Assembly (NCBI GenBank): GCA_024407725.1
Contig: JAKSVZ010000005.1
Span: 1 to 32,000, forward strand
DNA: 32,000 nucleotides
Direction: 5' to 3'
DNA from: Opitutales bacterium
GTDB taxonomy: Bacteria; Verrucomicrobiota; Verrucomicrobiia; Opitutales; UBA9783
The position numbers and the translations under genes were made by a program. The notes under the pieces are model-generated. The model was given only the letters and a program-made list of their open reading frames with translations, did no database searches and was not told the DNA's origin. Positions within the stretch are counted from its first letter, which is position 1. Every line of letters begins with the position of its first letter. Shown in pieces: positions 1 through 8,514 of the stretch.

Positions 1-471
1 ATCATACAACTCAGAACTGGGCATACTTTCGCTAGCCAGACCAATATAGAAAATAGGATCACTATTGGGATTCTTTTTCATGTATTGCGGATCGAAAGGC
101 ATATCGCTCGGTAATTTATACTTAGAACGAGCAATCGCAGCCTGCACATCAACCGTTGCTGCATCGATAGGACGATCCAATTCAAAATTCAATGTCAAAG
201 TTGTGCTTCCCAAGCGGCTTTCGGACAAAACCTCCTTAAGTCCATCGATCTTCATGAATTCTTTTTCCAATGGACTTGCGATGGAATTTGCCATCATTTC
301 TGCACTCATCCCTGGGAATTGAGCTGATACAACAATAACCGGATAATCCACCTTAGGGAGCGCGCTAATGGGCAATCGCCGATAAGCAGCAATACCCAAT
401 AAACTAATCGAAATTGCTAATAAAATAGTAGCAATAGGGCGCTTAATAAAAGGATCGCAAATACTTTTCAT
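1..471 (-). CDS. RND-family efflux permease (AcrB/MdtB-like inner-membrane subunit), N-terminal 157 codons only; the gene runs off the left edge
   Basis: Absent from the ORF track because it is truncated. My reverse-strand translation from the ATG at 471-469 gives MKSICDPFIKRPIATILLAISISLLGIAAYRRLPISALPKVDYPVIVVSAQFPGMSAEMMANSIASPLEKEF...DPIFYIGLASESMPSSELYD. This is the canonical RND N-terminus (F-I-x-R-P-I, TM1, LP-x-S-x-LP-x-VDYP). The frame is open to position 1 and starts 8 nt after the adaptor gene stop. Confidence 0.85.
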   Translation of the reverse strand, partial: MKSICDPFIKRPIATILLAISISLLGIAAYRRLPISALPKVDYPVIVVSAQFPGMSAEMMANSIASPLEKEFMKIDGLKEVLSESRLGSTTLTLNFELDRPIDAATVDVQAAIARSKYKLPSDMPFDPQYMKKNPNSDPIFYIGLASESMPSSELYD

Positions 472-479
472 GGATCGAT

Positions 480-1607
480 TTATTTAAAGCTCTGAGGCGG
501 GGTAATACTGCGGGTTATTTGAACAGGCATTCCAGGTGCTAACAACGGATGGTCATCAGCAATCACCTGCATGTCTTTGTCCACGCCTTCTACAACAATC
601 CAATTCGAATAGGTTTGGCCGACGGTAACAGGGCACATTTCTGCGCATCCCTTTTGATTAACAATGTAAACAAAACTTCCACTATTCCCTTCATGAATGG
701 CTCCTGCAGGTACCAAGCACGCATCAGGAACCGTTTGGTAGTAAATTTTCAGATCAACGCCACGTCCTGCCCAAAATTCCAAATTCGCATTTTCAAATTC
801 AACACGGAGATCAAAGGTACCGGTTGATTTATCCACTTCGTTTGCCAAAAATACCAACTTCCCCATTTGCCCAACCGATGCATCATCAATCAACCGCGCG
901 TCCACTTGGATTTCATCGCGATTGGCGGACAACAATGGACTTACGTATTTTTCCGAAACAAAAGTATCAACGTAAATCGGTTTCATTTGGTTCAAAATCG
1001 CCAACTGCGTACCTTGAGGAACGAAGTTTTGCGCATCCACGTAAGAACGGCTTAATTCACCTTCAAATGGCGCTGAAATTACGCAATCCTCTAGGTCGAT
1101 CTTTTTCAATTCAATAGCGGCTTGATCCATAGCAACTTGTGCCTTACTTGCCGCCACATTTGCCTTATACGTATCGTATTCCTGTTGAGACAAATATTTT
1201 TCAGAACGTAATTCTTCCGAACGGTTCAATTTCAGAACATTAAGCTCCAATTTTGCCTGATCGCTTTCACCTTGCGCTACACTTTGAGCCAATGCAGCTT
1301 TAAATTTACGCTCTTTAATTTGGAACAAAACTTCATCCTTTTTCACCCAACCCCCATTCGGACGCTTAACCTCAATCAAGGTTCCGGAAACGTTAGGAAT
1401 AATGACTACATGTTGATAGGGCGTACATTGACCAACGCAGGTTAAATAACGCTTAACAGTGGCGATTTGCGGCTGAGCAGCCGTTAGGGTTAAACGCATC
1501 GAATAGCCACCTGCTTGCTTCTCGGCCTTCTTGTGATGACCCATATAAAACCATATGCCGAAAAGACCAATGGCTGTACAAATCCAAAAAGTTTTTCTAT
1601 TTCCCAT
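480..1607 (-). CDS. RND efflux periplasmic adaptor (membrane fusion protein, HlyD/AcrA family)
   Basis: 375-aa ORF with an N-terminal membrane anchor (FWICTAIGLFGIWFY). It has a coiled-coil-like central region (AALAQSVAQGESDQAKLELNVLKLNRSEEL...AQVAMDQAAIELKKIDLEDC) flanked by beta-rich segments. It sits between the OMF and RND genes, overlapping the OMF stop by 11 nt. Confidence 0.85.
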   Translation of the reverse strand: MGNRKTFWICTAIGLFGIWFYMGHHKKAEKQAGGYSMRLTLTAAQPQIATVKRYLTCVGQCTPYQHVVIIPNVSGTLIEVKRPNGGWVKKDEVLFQIKERKFKAALAQSVAQGESDQAKLELNVLKLNRSEELRSEKYLSQQEYDTYKANVAASKAQVAMDQAAIELKKIDLEDCVISAPFEGELSRSYVDAQNFVPQGTQLAILNQMKPIYVDTFVSEKYVSPLLSANRDEIQVDARLIDDASVGQMGKLVFLANEVDKSTGTFDLRVEFENANLEFWAGRGVDLKIYYQTVPDACLVPAGAIHEGNSGSFVYIVNQKGCAEMCPVTVGQTYSNWIVVEGVDKDMQVIADDHPLLAPGMPVQITRSITPPQSFK

Positions 1608-3009
1608 ACTGATACTTATCTACATCGATTTGACCCGCAACATAGGCTAATTTAGCCCAGTGTATAGCTAAGTCTGATTGAGCACTAATACGCTTTAAGC
1701 GTGCATTAGACAAGGTTTTTTGTGCAGACAACAAATCCAACAAGCTGTTTAATCCTGCGCTGTAACCGATACGAACCGCCTTCAAACTTTCTTTTGCAGC
1801 TTGTTCCAAAGCCGTTGAAGATGCCAACAATTTCTTTGCAGCTTGAAAAGCATGAAATTCGCCACATACATCCTGCAACACTGTTAGCTTCTTTTGATGC
1901 AGCTCAAACAATTTAACCTTCATGGAAGCGTAATGTTCCAATTCCTTATATTGCTTATCAAAACCATCAAAAAGTGTCCAAGTTAGGTTCACCCCTAACC
2001 CATAATTATGCTGCCAATTGGAATCATGACGGTAACGCAGCGTATTCAAATTACCCACCAAATTAACCGCAGGTAGGCGTTCGCGCTCAGACTTCAAATG
2101 TGCCCATTCAGCCGCATGGAGCAATTCTTCTTGCGCTAAAATATCCGCACGTTTTTCTAAAGCGCTATCCATCAATTTTTCCACTTCTTCCGTTAAATCT
2201 CCTGGATCCCCAAATGTAATATCAATATCTAATTTGCTCGAAGCAGAAAGACCTACGACTGTTGCTAATTCCGCACGATAACGTCCACGATCACCTTCAG
2301 CAGACTGCAATTCATATTCTGCCTCTATCTGATCTGCTTTTGCCAATAAAACATCCTGTTTCGGTGCCAATCCATTGGCCATCCGTTTTTCCGCAGCCTG
2401 ATAAGAAGCGATTGCATCCTGCAAGCTGCTCTGACGCGCGTTAACCTTCGCAATAGCCGATGCTAACTGATAGTACTTGCTCTGTATATTAAATACGACC
2501 GTTTGTAAGGTGAAATTCTCACTATAATTAGCTGCCGACAATGCATACGCAGCACTTTCTGCACCCGCATGATCCGCACCAAATTGGAACAGACGATAAT
2601 TGACGTTCAACCCAGGCCCCCAATTATCCACCTTCGTGGTTGGTTGATTTAAAATAGCCCCTGTTTGGTTATGATTGGCTTGTATATTGCCCACTATGGT
2701 TGGAAAATAAGGCGCTTCTGCTCGTTTTGCCTGCGCTAACGCTTGCTGCCCTTGCCACCAAGCAATACGGGTTTGTGGATTCCTAGCTAAACCTAATGAT
2801 AAAAGAGCGGGTAAGGAGTAACTCCCCGATTCTTTTAATACATAGGGTTCTGCCTCCATAGAATCAGCGATATCCTGCGCTTGAACAAGCGTTGTATCCA
2901 CCGCCGCGCTTTCATGTTGTTGCTCATTATACTCCTCCTGAACGGAAGCGCATCCTGTCAACATACCGCTAATAAATACACAACCAACAACTCCCTTTAG
3001 GTTCCTCAT
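1597..3009 (-). CDS. Outer-membrane efflux factor, NodT/TolC-family lipoprotein
   Basis: The track ORF (1597..3249) overlaps the MATE gene. An internal ATG at 3009 gives MRNLKGVVGCVFISGMLTGCAS, a signal peptide with an L-T-G-C lipobox. The rest shows the two-repeat TolC-like helical pattern. It is the first gene of an OMF-MFP-RND trio. Confidence 0.8.
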   Translation of the reverse strand: MRNLKGVVGCVFISGMLTGCASVQEEYNEQQHESAAVDTTLVQAQDIADSMEAEPYVLKESGSYSLPALLSLGLARNPQTRIAWWQGQQALAQAKRAEAPYFPTIVGNIQANHNQTGAILNQPTTKVDNWGPGLNVNYRLFQFGADHAGAESAAYALSAANYSENFTLQTVVFNIQSKYYQLASAIAKVNARQSSLQDAIASYQAAEKRMANGLAPKQDVLLAKADQIEAEYELQSAEGDRGRYRAELATVVGLSASSKLDIDITFGDPGDLTEEVEKLMDSALEKRADILAQEELLHAAEWAHLKSERERLPAVNLVGNLNTLRYRHDSNWQHNYGLGVNLTWTLFDGFDKQYKELEHYASMKVKLFELHQKKLTVLQDVCGEFHAFQAAKKLLASSTALEQAAKESLKAVRIGYSAGLNSLLDLLSAQKTLSNARLKRISAQSDLAIHWAKLAYVAGQIDVDKYQYGK

Positions 3010-3044
3010 AATCTCTTTTATGCTAAACAATTTCAACCTATCTA

Positions 3045-4427
3045 TCAATCGTTTTTCAATTGAGTAATTACGTTGTTCGCCCAAGTTTTTTTGGAATACC
3101 AAAGATAAAATCCAGCTAAAATAAGGCAGAATTTTATTACAACTAATGCCGGATATATAATCGGATTCCAATGATTTATAGCCACAGCAAAATATACTGG
3201 AACCAATACCATGGCTATATACAAGACCAAATTGATGGTCAAAATCCACTTAACCTTAAATAAGGCGAACAGAAAGCCTGTCGTACACATAAAACTGCCT
3301 TCTGTGCAAAACATCAACCAATAGCCGATCATAAATAACCCAGCTTGTTTATTAAAAGACGCATCGGAGGCAAATTCATTAGAGGATAAGAACTGAACAA
3401 TGGGGTTCGAAAAGTATAAAAATACACCGAAAATAACCGCCCAAATGGAGATTAACCGCACTCCTTGTTTTAAGATGGTTCCCATACGTTCCGCATGTCC
3501 TGAACCAATGAGATTAGCACACAGCGTACAGACACTTTTACTATTTCCGTCTAAGACAAAAAACGAAAAGGTATAGAAGGTACTAACGGCACAAAATGCT
3601 TTATAAGAAGCTGGCGATAAATAATTGGCGAAGCACAAATACACGCAGGCCCATCCTGCTGTATTACATACGATAACAAGCGCGTTGGGTAGCCCAATTT
3701 TGAAGCATTGATGAATTACATCCCAAGACCATTGGAGTTTTCCAATCCCATATTCTTCACGGTATTTTTTACGCAAAAAAAGCGTTAAAAATGACCCAAA
3801 ACAAACCAACTGAGAAATGTTGGTTCCCAATCCTGCGCCTGTAATTCCCATGCTGGGTATTCCCAAGCCTCCGAACACAAACCAATAATCCAAAATGGCG
3901 TTCAAGAGATTACCGCCGATAAAAATTGCTGGAATTTTTTTCGTATCGCAACGACCTACGAAAAATGACACGATTGCACCAAACCCTGCCAATTCAAACG
4001 GCATGGTTGTCAAAAGCATACGCATATACCGAATACCTTCAGGCCCAACGGTGCTTAAAAGCAGGTATGGGGCAAAAATCATTACCGGAATAAGGATCAA
4101 GTAGGAAGAAAATGCGAGCATCATCACTTCCCATACTGCCGACCCAATCCGTTGCAACTCTTTGGCACCATTGAGGCGACCTACAATCACTTCACTGCAA
4201 CTGACAATTGCCATTAAACCTAGTTCGCACGTCCATACCCATGGCTGAACGGTGACGCATGCATTAAAGGCATCCGAATGGTAATGAGCGAGGATCGCTC
4301 GATCGGTAAACACCATAAGGGAACCAGAAAGTCCTGATAGCATCAGCGGCCAAGCAATTGCCCATAGTTCTCGAAGACTACCAGATGGATAACGAGTAAG
4401 AGGTTTAATAGTCCCAGATAAAGCCAT
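3045..4427 (-). CDS. MATE-family multidrug/toxin efflux transporter
   Basis: 460-aa polytopic membrane ORF. The N-terminus LRELWAIAWPLMLSGLSGSLMVFTDRAILAHY matches the MATE TM1 signature (P-x-x-x-x-x-L-x-x-x-x-x-x-x-D). It has about 12 hydrophobic segments. It starts 5 nt after the upstream gene stop. Confidence 0.8.
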   Translation of the reverse strand: MALSGTIKPLTRYPSGSLRELWAIAWPLMLSGLSGSLMVFTDRAILAHYHSDAFNACVTVQPWVWTCELGLMAIVSCSEVIVGRLNGAKELQRIGSAVWEVMMLAFSSYLILIPVMIFAPYLLLSTVGPEGIRYMRMLLTTMPFELAGFGAIVSFFVGRCDTKKIPAIFIGGNLLNAILDYWFVFGGLGIPSMGITGAGLGTNISQLVCFGSFLTLFLRKKYREEYGIGKLQWSWDVIHQCFKIGLPNALVIVCNTAGWACVYLCFANYLSPASYKAFCAVSTFYTFSFFVLDGNSKSVCTLCANLIGSGHAERMGTILKQGVRLISIWAVIFGVFLYFSNPIVQFLSSNEFASDASFNKQAGLFMIGYWLMFCTEGSFMCTTGFLFALFKVKWILTINLVLYIAMVLVPVYFAVAINHWNPIIYPALVVIKFCLILAGFYLWYSKKTWANNVITQLKND

Positions 4428-4432
4428 AAAAA

Positions 4433-5806
4433 TTACAAATTGTAAGGAACCCCCACTTCAGGGTCAAGCACCTTCAGACCGCTTGCATTCTTAGCGAATT
4501 GGTCTGCAAACCATTGACGTGCTTCTGGATCTCCATGGGTTAATACTACCGCCTTTGGGTGTTGTTGAACGGCAAACTGATAGAGATCGTTACGGTCTGC
4601 ATGGCCGCTTAAATCAAAATGCTCAATAGCTGCCTTAATCGGAGCTGTAAAATGCGATTCCTCAAAAGTAAAGGTTTCTGCGTTTCGGTTTTGCAACAGC
4701 TGCCCTCCGGGAGTAGTGGGGTCGCAATGACCGACAAAACAAATTGAATTGTCGGAATCCCCAAGCAAACAAGCGGCAATGTTATACGCCGGTGTATGTT
4801 CCGCCAACATACCGCTACTTAATAAATAAATCGCAGGCCGTTTTAGGCGGGTGGTATGCGGATCAATCTTCGACCGACGTAATTGCTTGATGTTCAACTG
4901 TTTTAGGATGTGACGGCTAAAGTTAACCGACCGCAGCTTTTTACCCATCTCATCAAAGGTATTAATGAGGGACATACCGAGTCCGGAGCAAAAAATAGGG
5001 CAATTGGGTAATTGATGCGAACGCTTAGCATTGTACATTAACACCAAAAGTTCCTGAATGCGTCCTAAAGCAAACGCTGGAATTAAGCAGGCGCCGCCCT
5101 GATCAATGGTTTTGCGGATAATGCTCAACAAACGCTTTTCCTCATCGCGACGTAAAGCAGTTCGTTCGGTAGAACCACGCGTGGTTTCGAGCATCAATAC
5201 ATCCAAATGATCTAACTGGGGAATTTGCGCGCCACGTAACGAATTTTGGTCAGAAAATAGGATATCGCCGGTAATAAACAACTGCCGACCTTCGTATTCA
5301 ATGAGTACGCTGACGGCACCCAAAACGTGACCCGCTGGGTACATCGTAATTTTTGCGCTATGCCCTTCCTTTTCGAGCGTATAACTTTGGCCAAATTTTA
5401 GGGTAAAAAAGCGTTTTTCAAGCGCAAGTACATCGGCTTTAGTAAACAGCGGATATTCAGGTATTTCCTTCTCTTTCTTTTGCCGACACATAACCGAGTA
5501 CGAATTGTTAAGCATTAATGGAGCCAATAAGCTCGTGGGTATGCTTACCAAAACCGGCGCCTTAGGTGCTTTTTTAGATAAAATAGGCAAGGTACCTATA
5601 TGATCCAAATGGCTATGGGTTAGGATGATAAAGTCTATCGGCTGATCTCCTAATAGCGCAAAATTCGGCAGAGAATCATTGCCCAAATGCTTGGGGTCCA
5701 TACCAGAATCCACAACCAAACGGAAGGGACCTACTTGAACCAATAAACAGTTCGCGCCAATATCCTTGCGAAAATTTAAATCCTGTATAACGAATGGATT
5801 GTTCAT
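4433..5806 (-). CDS. Metallo-beta-lactamase fold, beta-CASP family hydrolase (RNase J/CPSF73-like putative ribonuclease)
   Basis: All beta-CASP motifs are readable: VVDSGMD (motif 1), THSHLDH (H-x-H-x-DH), AGHVLGA (motif 3), ITGD (motif 4), LETT (motif A), SGHAD (motif B) and LTHGD (motif C). Confidence 0.8.
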   Translation of the reverse strand: MNNPFVIQDLNFRKDIGANCLLVQVGPFRLVVDSGMDPKHLGNDSLPNFALLGDQPIDFIILTHSHLDHIGTLPILSKKAPKAPVLVSIPTSLLAPLMLNNSYSVMCRQKKEKEIPEYPLFTKADVLALEKRFFTLKFGQSYTLEKEGHSAKITMYPAGHVLGAVSVLIEYEGRQLFITGDILFSDQNSLRGAQIPQLDHLDVLMLETTRGSTERTALRRDEEKRLLSIIRKTIDQGGACLIPAFALGRIQELLVLMYNAKRSHQLPNCPIFCSGLGMSLINTFDEMGKKLRSVNFSRHILKQLNIKQLRRSKIDPHTTRLKRPAIYLLSSGMLAEHTPAYNIAACLLGDSDNSICFVGHCDPTTPGGQLLQNRNAETFTFEESHFTAPIKAAIEHFDLSGHADRNDLYQFAVQQHPKAVVLTHGDPEARQWFADQFAKNASGLKVLDPEVGVPYNL

Positions 5807-5891
5807 ACTTACTTTAACTCTTTTAACTTACTAAAACCCAAAATAACTCTAGTGGGTTTAAGCTAGTGGGGTTCGAATCTATTGTTTATGT

Positions 5892-6274
5892 TGGTGGAGG
5901 TGGCGAGAATTGAACTCGCGTCTTTTGCACATGCCACAAAAACTTCTACATGTATAGTATCTCATTAATGTCCACTGCAATGCCATAGATACCTGTTTTG
6001 CAGTGTAAGTTGCAAAGAAATACAGCACAGACCTGCAACGCTTCTTTGCTATACTCGCTGAGACAGCTTTTAAAACCTAGCGAGCATGGATCTTAAAAGC
6101 AGAACTGTATAACTTACAATTCATTAAGGCCTAGGCAGCCATCCGTAAGGATGCGCCTGGGAATTTTACAACATTGTTTTCACTTATTGTTGCGATGGAT
6201 TGATAACGAAGCCAACCATCTTCTCCGACATGCCGTTTTTATTCCATTTACAAAATCGAAACCGGAACACCCCC
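5892..6274 (-). ncRNA. ssrA: tmRNA (transfer-messenger RNA)
   Basis: The reverse strand reads 5'-GGGGGUGUUCCGGUUUCGAUUUUG...GAGUUCAAUUCUCGCCACCUCCACCA-3'. The 7-bp acceptor stem GGGGGUG/CACCUCC contains the G3:U70 alanine identity pair, followed by ACCA. A T-arm (GAG-UUCAAUU-CUC) is present. An internal tag frame at 6193..6131, GCA ACA AUA AGU GAA AAC AAU GUU GUA AAA UUC CCA GGC GCA UCC UUA CGG AUG GCU GCC UAG, encodes ATISENNVVKFPGASLRMAA*. The resume codon is inferred, not proven. Confidence 0.85.
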
Positions 6275-6318
6275 TTTTTCTATTCTATTTATTCGAAAAA
6301 ACTATTATACTTATACTT

Positions 6319-6347
6319 TATTTACATCAAAAGTGCTTTGATGTCAA
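6319..6347 (-). promoter_or_regulatory. Candidate sigma70 promoter for ssrA (TTGACA-17 nt-TAAATA)
   Basis: The reverse strand reads TTGACA (6347..6342), a 17-nt spacer tcaaagcacttttgatg, then TAAATA (6324..6319). This lies about 45 nt upstream of the mature tmRNA 5' end, consistent with a processed precursor. The spacer itself holds a 7-bp inverted repeat (catcaaa/tttgatg). Confidence 0.45.
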
Positions 6348-6363
6348 ATCCTATCGCCTTGGA

Positions 6364-7458
6364 TCAAGGAATATAGCGCACTTCCAAGCGATTGAACCTA
6401 CAGGAAATTTCTGCATCTAAACAATGAGCATCCTGACCCATATCCTGCAGGGTATAATGCTCGTTTAATAAATACACAACGCCCTTATCCAATGCTTCCT
6501 GAGGAACCGAACTTACATCGCAATTAATGAGGTTCATCGATACCCGCCCAATCATAGGGGCGGTATACCATCGCGCGCCATCCGTCAAAAACACTTTGCC
6601 GCAATTGCTTAAGCTGCGGGGAATACCATGCGCATATCCTATCCCAACGACAGCTGACTTTATCGGCTGCTTAACTTTATACGTCGCGCCATACCCAACA
6701 AAATCTTCGGTTGTTAGCGAAGTAATTTGAATAATCGGTGCTTGCAAGGTAATGGTTGGCGACAAAGCAATCGACGATTGTGATTGATTAAACCCATACA
6801 ATAATGCGCTACCGGTACGAACTTGGGCAACCGGATAACGTTGAGCATTAACCGCATAAGCATCCAAGTTAATGCTTCCTGATAGGTTAAAATAACTCAA
6901 TGCGCGCCCATACCCTGCCAATTGACGTGCGTTTTGTTTACGCTCAATATCAGCATCCGGCGTTATCCCAGGTTCCGCACAAGCAAAATGGGTTAAGACA
7001 AACAAAGCCCGAGCCTGTTTCAGACGATCAGCAGTTAACTGCGACCAATCGCGCTCAGGAACCCCTAAACGATTTAAACCTGTCTCTAAACTAATTACGC
7101 ATCCAGTAGGGTAAGAAGCAACTAACCGTTCCCACAAAGCAAATTGCTGCAAATCATTAATAACCGGCGTTAAACCATAATCCTTAAAAACCTCTTTTGT
7201 ACCTTCGGTAATCCCATTCAAAATATAAATGGGTAGGGTAGGGCATACTTCTCGAATGGCTATCCCTTCCGACGGAGTACAAACGTAAACGCCAGAACAT
7301 CCTAGCGATACAAGCGCTTGCGCAATAGCTTGAGCACCCAAACCATAAGCATCTGCCTTTAACACAGGACAAACGTCAACTGCACCGATGGTACGTATCG
7401 CCTGGTAATTGTTTTTAATTGCATCTATGTGAACACTCAAAAGTGGGTCACTGATCAT
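6364..7458 (-). CDS. alr: Alanine racemase
   Basis: 364-aa ORF with the PLP-lysine motif VCPVLKADAYGLGA near the N-terminus and a typical length and beta-barrel C-terminal domain pattern (MGRVSMNLINCDV). Confidence 0.85.
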   Translation of the reverse strand: MISDPLLSVHIDAIKNNYQAIRTIGAVDVCPVLKADAYGLGAQAIAQALVSLGCSGVYVCTPSEGIAIREVCPTLPIYILNGITEGTKEVFKDYGLTPVINDLQQFALWERLVASYPTGCVISLETGLNRLGVPERDWSQLTADRLKQARALFVLTHFACAEPGITPDADIERKQNARQLAGYGRALSYFNLSGSINLDAYAVNAQRYPVAQVRTGSALLYGFNQSQSSIALSPTITLQAPIIQITSLTTEDFVGYGATYKVKQPIKSAVVGIGYAHGIPRSLSNCGKVFLTDGARWYTAPMIGRVSMNLINCDVSSVPQEALDKGVVYLLNEHYTLQDMGQDAHCLDAEISCRFNRLEVRYIP

Positions 7459-7466
7459 AGGCGGAA

Positions 7467-7498
7467 ATTATAATGCCCAAATAAACATCTCATGTCAA
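7467..7498 (-). promoter_or_regulatory. Candidate alr promoter
   Basis: The reverse strand reads TTGACAtgagatgtttatttgggCATTATAATttccgcctATG. A perfect -35 sits 17 nt from CATTAT, or 20 nt from a perfect TATAAT. The -10 ends only 8-11 nt before the ATG and no Shine-Dalgarno sequence lies between them. Confidence 0.4.
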
Positions 7499-7580
7499 AC
7501 CCTAGAAAATACAGTGTTTTAGTAAGAATACCGAAGGTTAAAGCCCCCGTTTTTCCGCACTAGAAGCGGAACGGCTTCTA

Positions 7581-7599
7581 CCCCCCCCCCCAAAAAAAA
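7581..7599. repeat. Homopolymeric tract C11 followed by A8
   Basis: Direct reading: 7581-7591 is 11 C and 7592-7599 is 8 A. It is immediately preceded by a 7-bp hairpin, tagaagc-ggaacg-gcttcta (7561-7580). It lies in the alr/OMP divergent intergenic region, 37 nt upstream of the ATG at 7637. Confidence 0.95.
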
Positions 7600-7636
7600 C
7601 TTGCAATGCAGCGCGAATTCCGAAACCTTTAATAAC

Positions 7637-8509
7637 ATGTTTCATCGAATAAACCTATTATTAGCCCTAAGCATCGCCTTAGGAATACAAACCCCCTGTT
7701 ATGGTTTGTACGTAATGGTACGTTCGGGATTCGGAGAGCTGAAGGGGGACGATATCGGTCAATTCTTAAGCCGAAGTCAAACAGGTATAGTTCCAACTAC
7801 AATAGGCCCCAAAAACTTTATTATCGGACGCAGCAACGATAATAACTACATGAGTACCTCAGGATCATTTAAATACAAAGATCATAAAAATCTATCGGTA
7901 GCTTTAGGTGGACGGTTTGATGTGTTTGATATTGGGTCTTTAGGACTGGAAGTAGAAATTTTAGGTGCCTATGCCAATTTAGATACGAAAGCTAGACCAG
8001 TACATGAATATGACAATGCATTTAGTTTTCCTATACCTGATTTTGTCGCTCGAGTTTATTACCGTCAACCAAATCCTCGCCCAGCTCGGCAGACTAGGTA
8101 TAGTACAAGACTGCTCTATCTCAAAAACCAGCGCATTGCGGGAGCACAGGTTAATGCTTATTGGGAGCAGTATTTACTCGATTACCTATCCGTTGGCATC
8201 GGCGGAGGGATTGGGGGTGCTTATGTCTGTACAAAATTTACTACAATGGAATGGTTTGTGACCAACATAACAGGAGCACTCTGGCGTGGCTACATTGAAA
8301 ACCATCGTAAGTACGTCCATTCCGGCTCATTGCTGTACAATTTTACGCTGTTTGTACGCGCTGAGAAATTTGAAACCTTATTCGAGGTGGGCTACCGCCA
8401 TATCGGTTTGCATCAGATGTTTGGAGCTAAATGCTATGGGTACGCAATCCCAAAGTTGGCTAACCTCCATTCCGACCAAATCTATTTGGGCGTAGGAAGA
8501 ACGTTCTAA
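7637..8509 (+). CDS. Outer-membrane beta-barrel protein (porin/OmpA-like barrel family), function unknown
   Basis: The ATG at 7637 gives the signal-peptide-like MFHRINLLLALSIALGIQTPCYG. Alternating amphipathic beta-strand-like segments follow, with a C-terminal ...IYLGVGRTF ending in Phe, the typical OMP terminal strand. The track start at 7601 is a TTG. Neither start has a clear SD, so the start is uncertain. Confidence 0.65.
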   Translation: MFHRINLLLALSIALGIQTPCYGLYVMVRSGFGELKGDDIGQFLSRSQTGIVPTTIGPKNFIIGRSNDNNYMSTSGSFKYKDHKNLSVALGGRFDVFDIGSLGLEVEILGAYANLDTKARPVHEYDNAFSFPIPDFVARVYYRQPNPRPARQTRYSTRLLYLKNQRIAGAQVNAYWEQYLLDYLSVGIGGGIGGAYVCTKFTTMEWFVTNITGALWRGYIENHRKYVHSGSLLYNFTLFVRAEKFETLFEVGYRHIGLHQMFGAKCYGYAIPKLANLHSDQIYLGVGRTF

Positions 8510-8514
8510 GGCTC

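Noticed and set aside
65-1117. Plus-strand track ORFs 65..322, 549..827, 824..1117 and 867..1055
   Set aside because: All lie antisense to the clearly recognisable RND permease and adaptor genes. Their low-complexity translations show no motifs. They are shadow ORFs.
3010-3249. N-terminal 80 codons of track ORF 1597..3249
   Set aside because: This stretch overlaps the 3' end of the MATE gene by about 200 nt. The internal Met at 3009 starts a proper lipoprotein signal peptide, so the extension is an artefact. The same reasoning applies to the extensions at 9775..9834 (murD), 23891..23929 (trpS), 28794..28856 (holA) and 29855..29965 (pgk).
5849-5880. Direct 8-nt repeat ctagtggg (5849, 5863) followed by GGGGTTCGAATC, which resembles a tRNA T-arm. 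This could be an att-site remnant of an element integrated at ssrA.
   Set aside because: There is no complementary 3' half of a T-stem and no acceptor sequence. It lies on the opposite strand to ssrA and does not duplicate the ssrA 3' end. No integrase or foreign genes are nearby.
6151-6420. Track ORF 6151..6420 (+)
   Set aside because: It overlaps the tmRNA gene on the opposite strand and its promoter. It is spurious.
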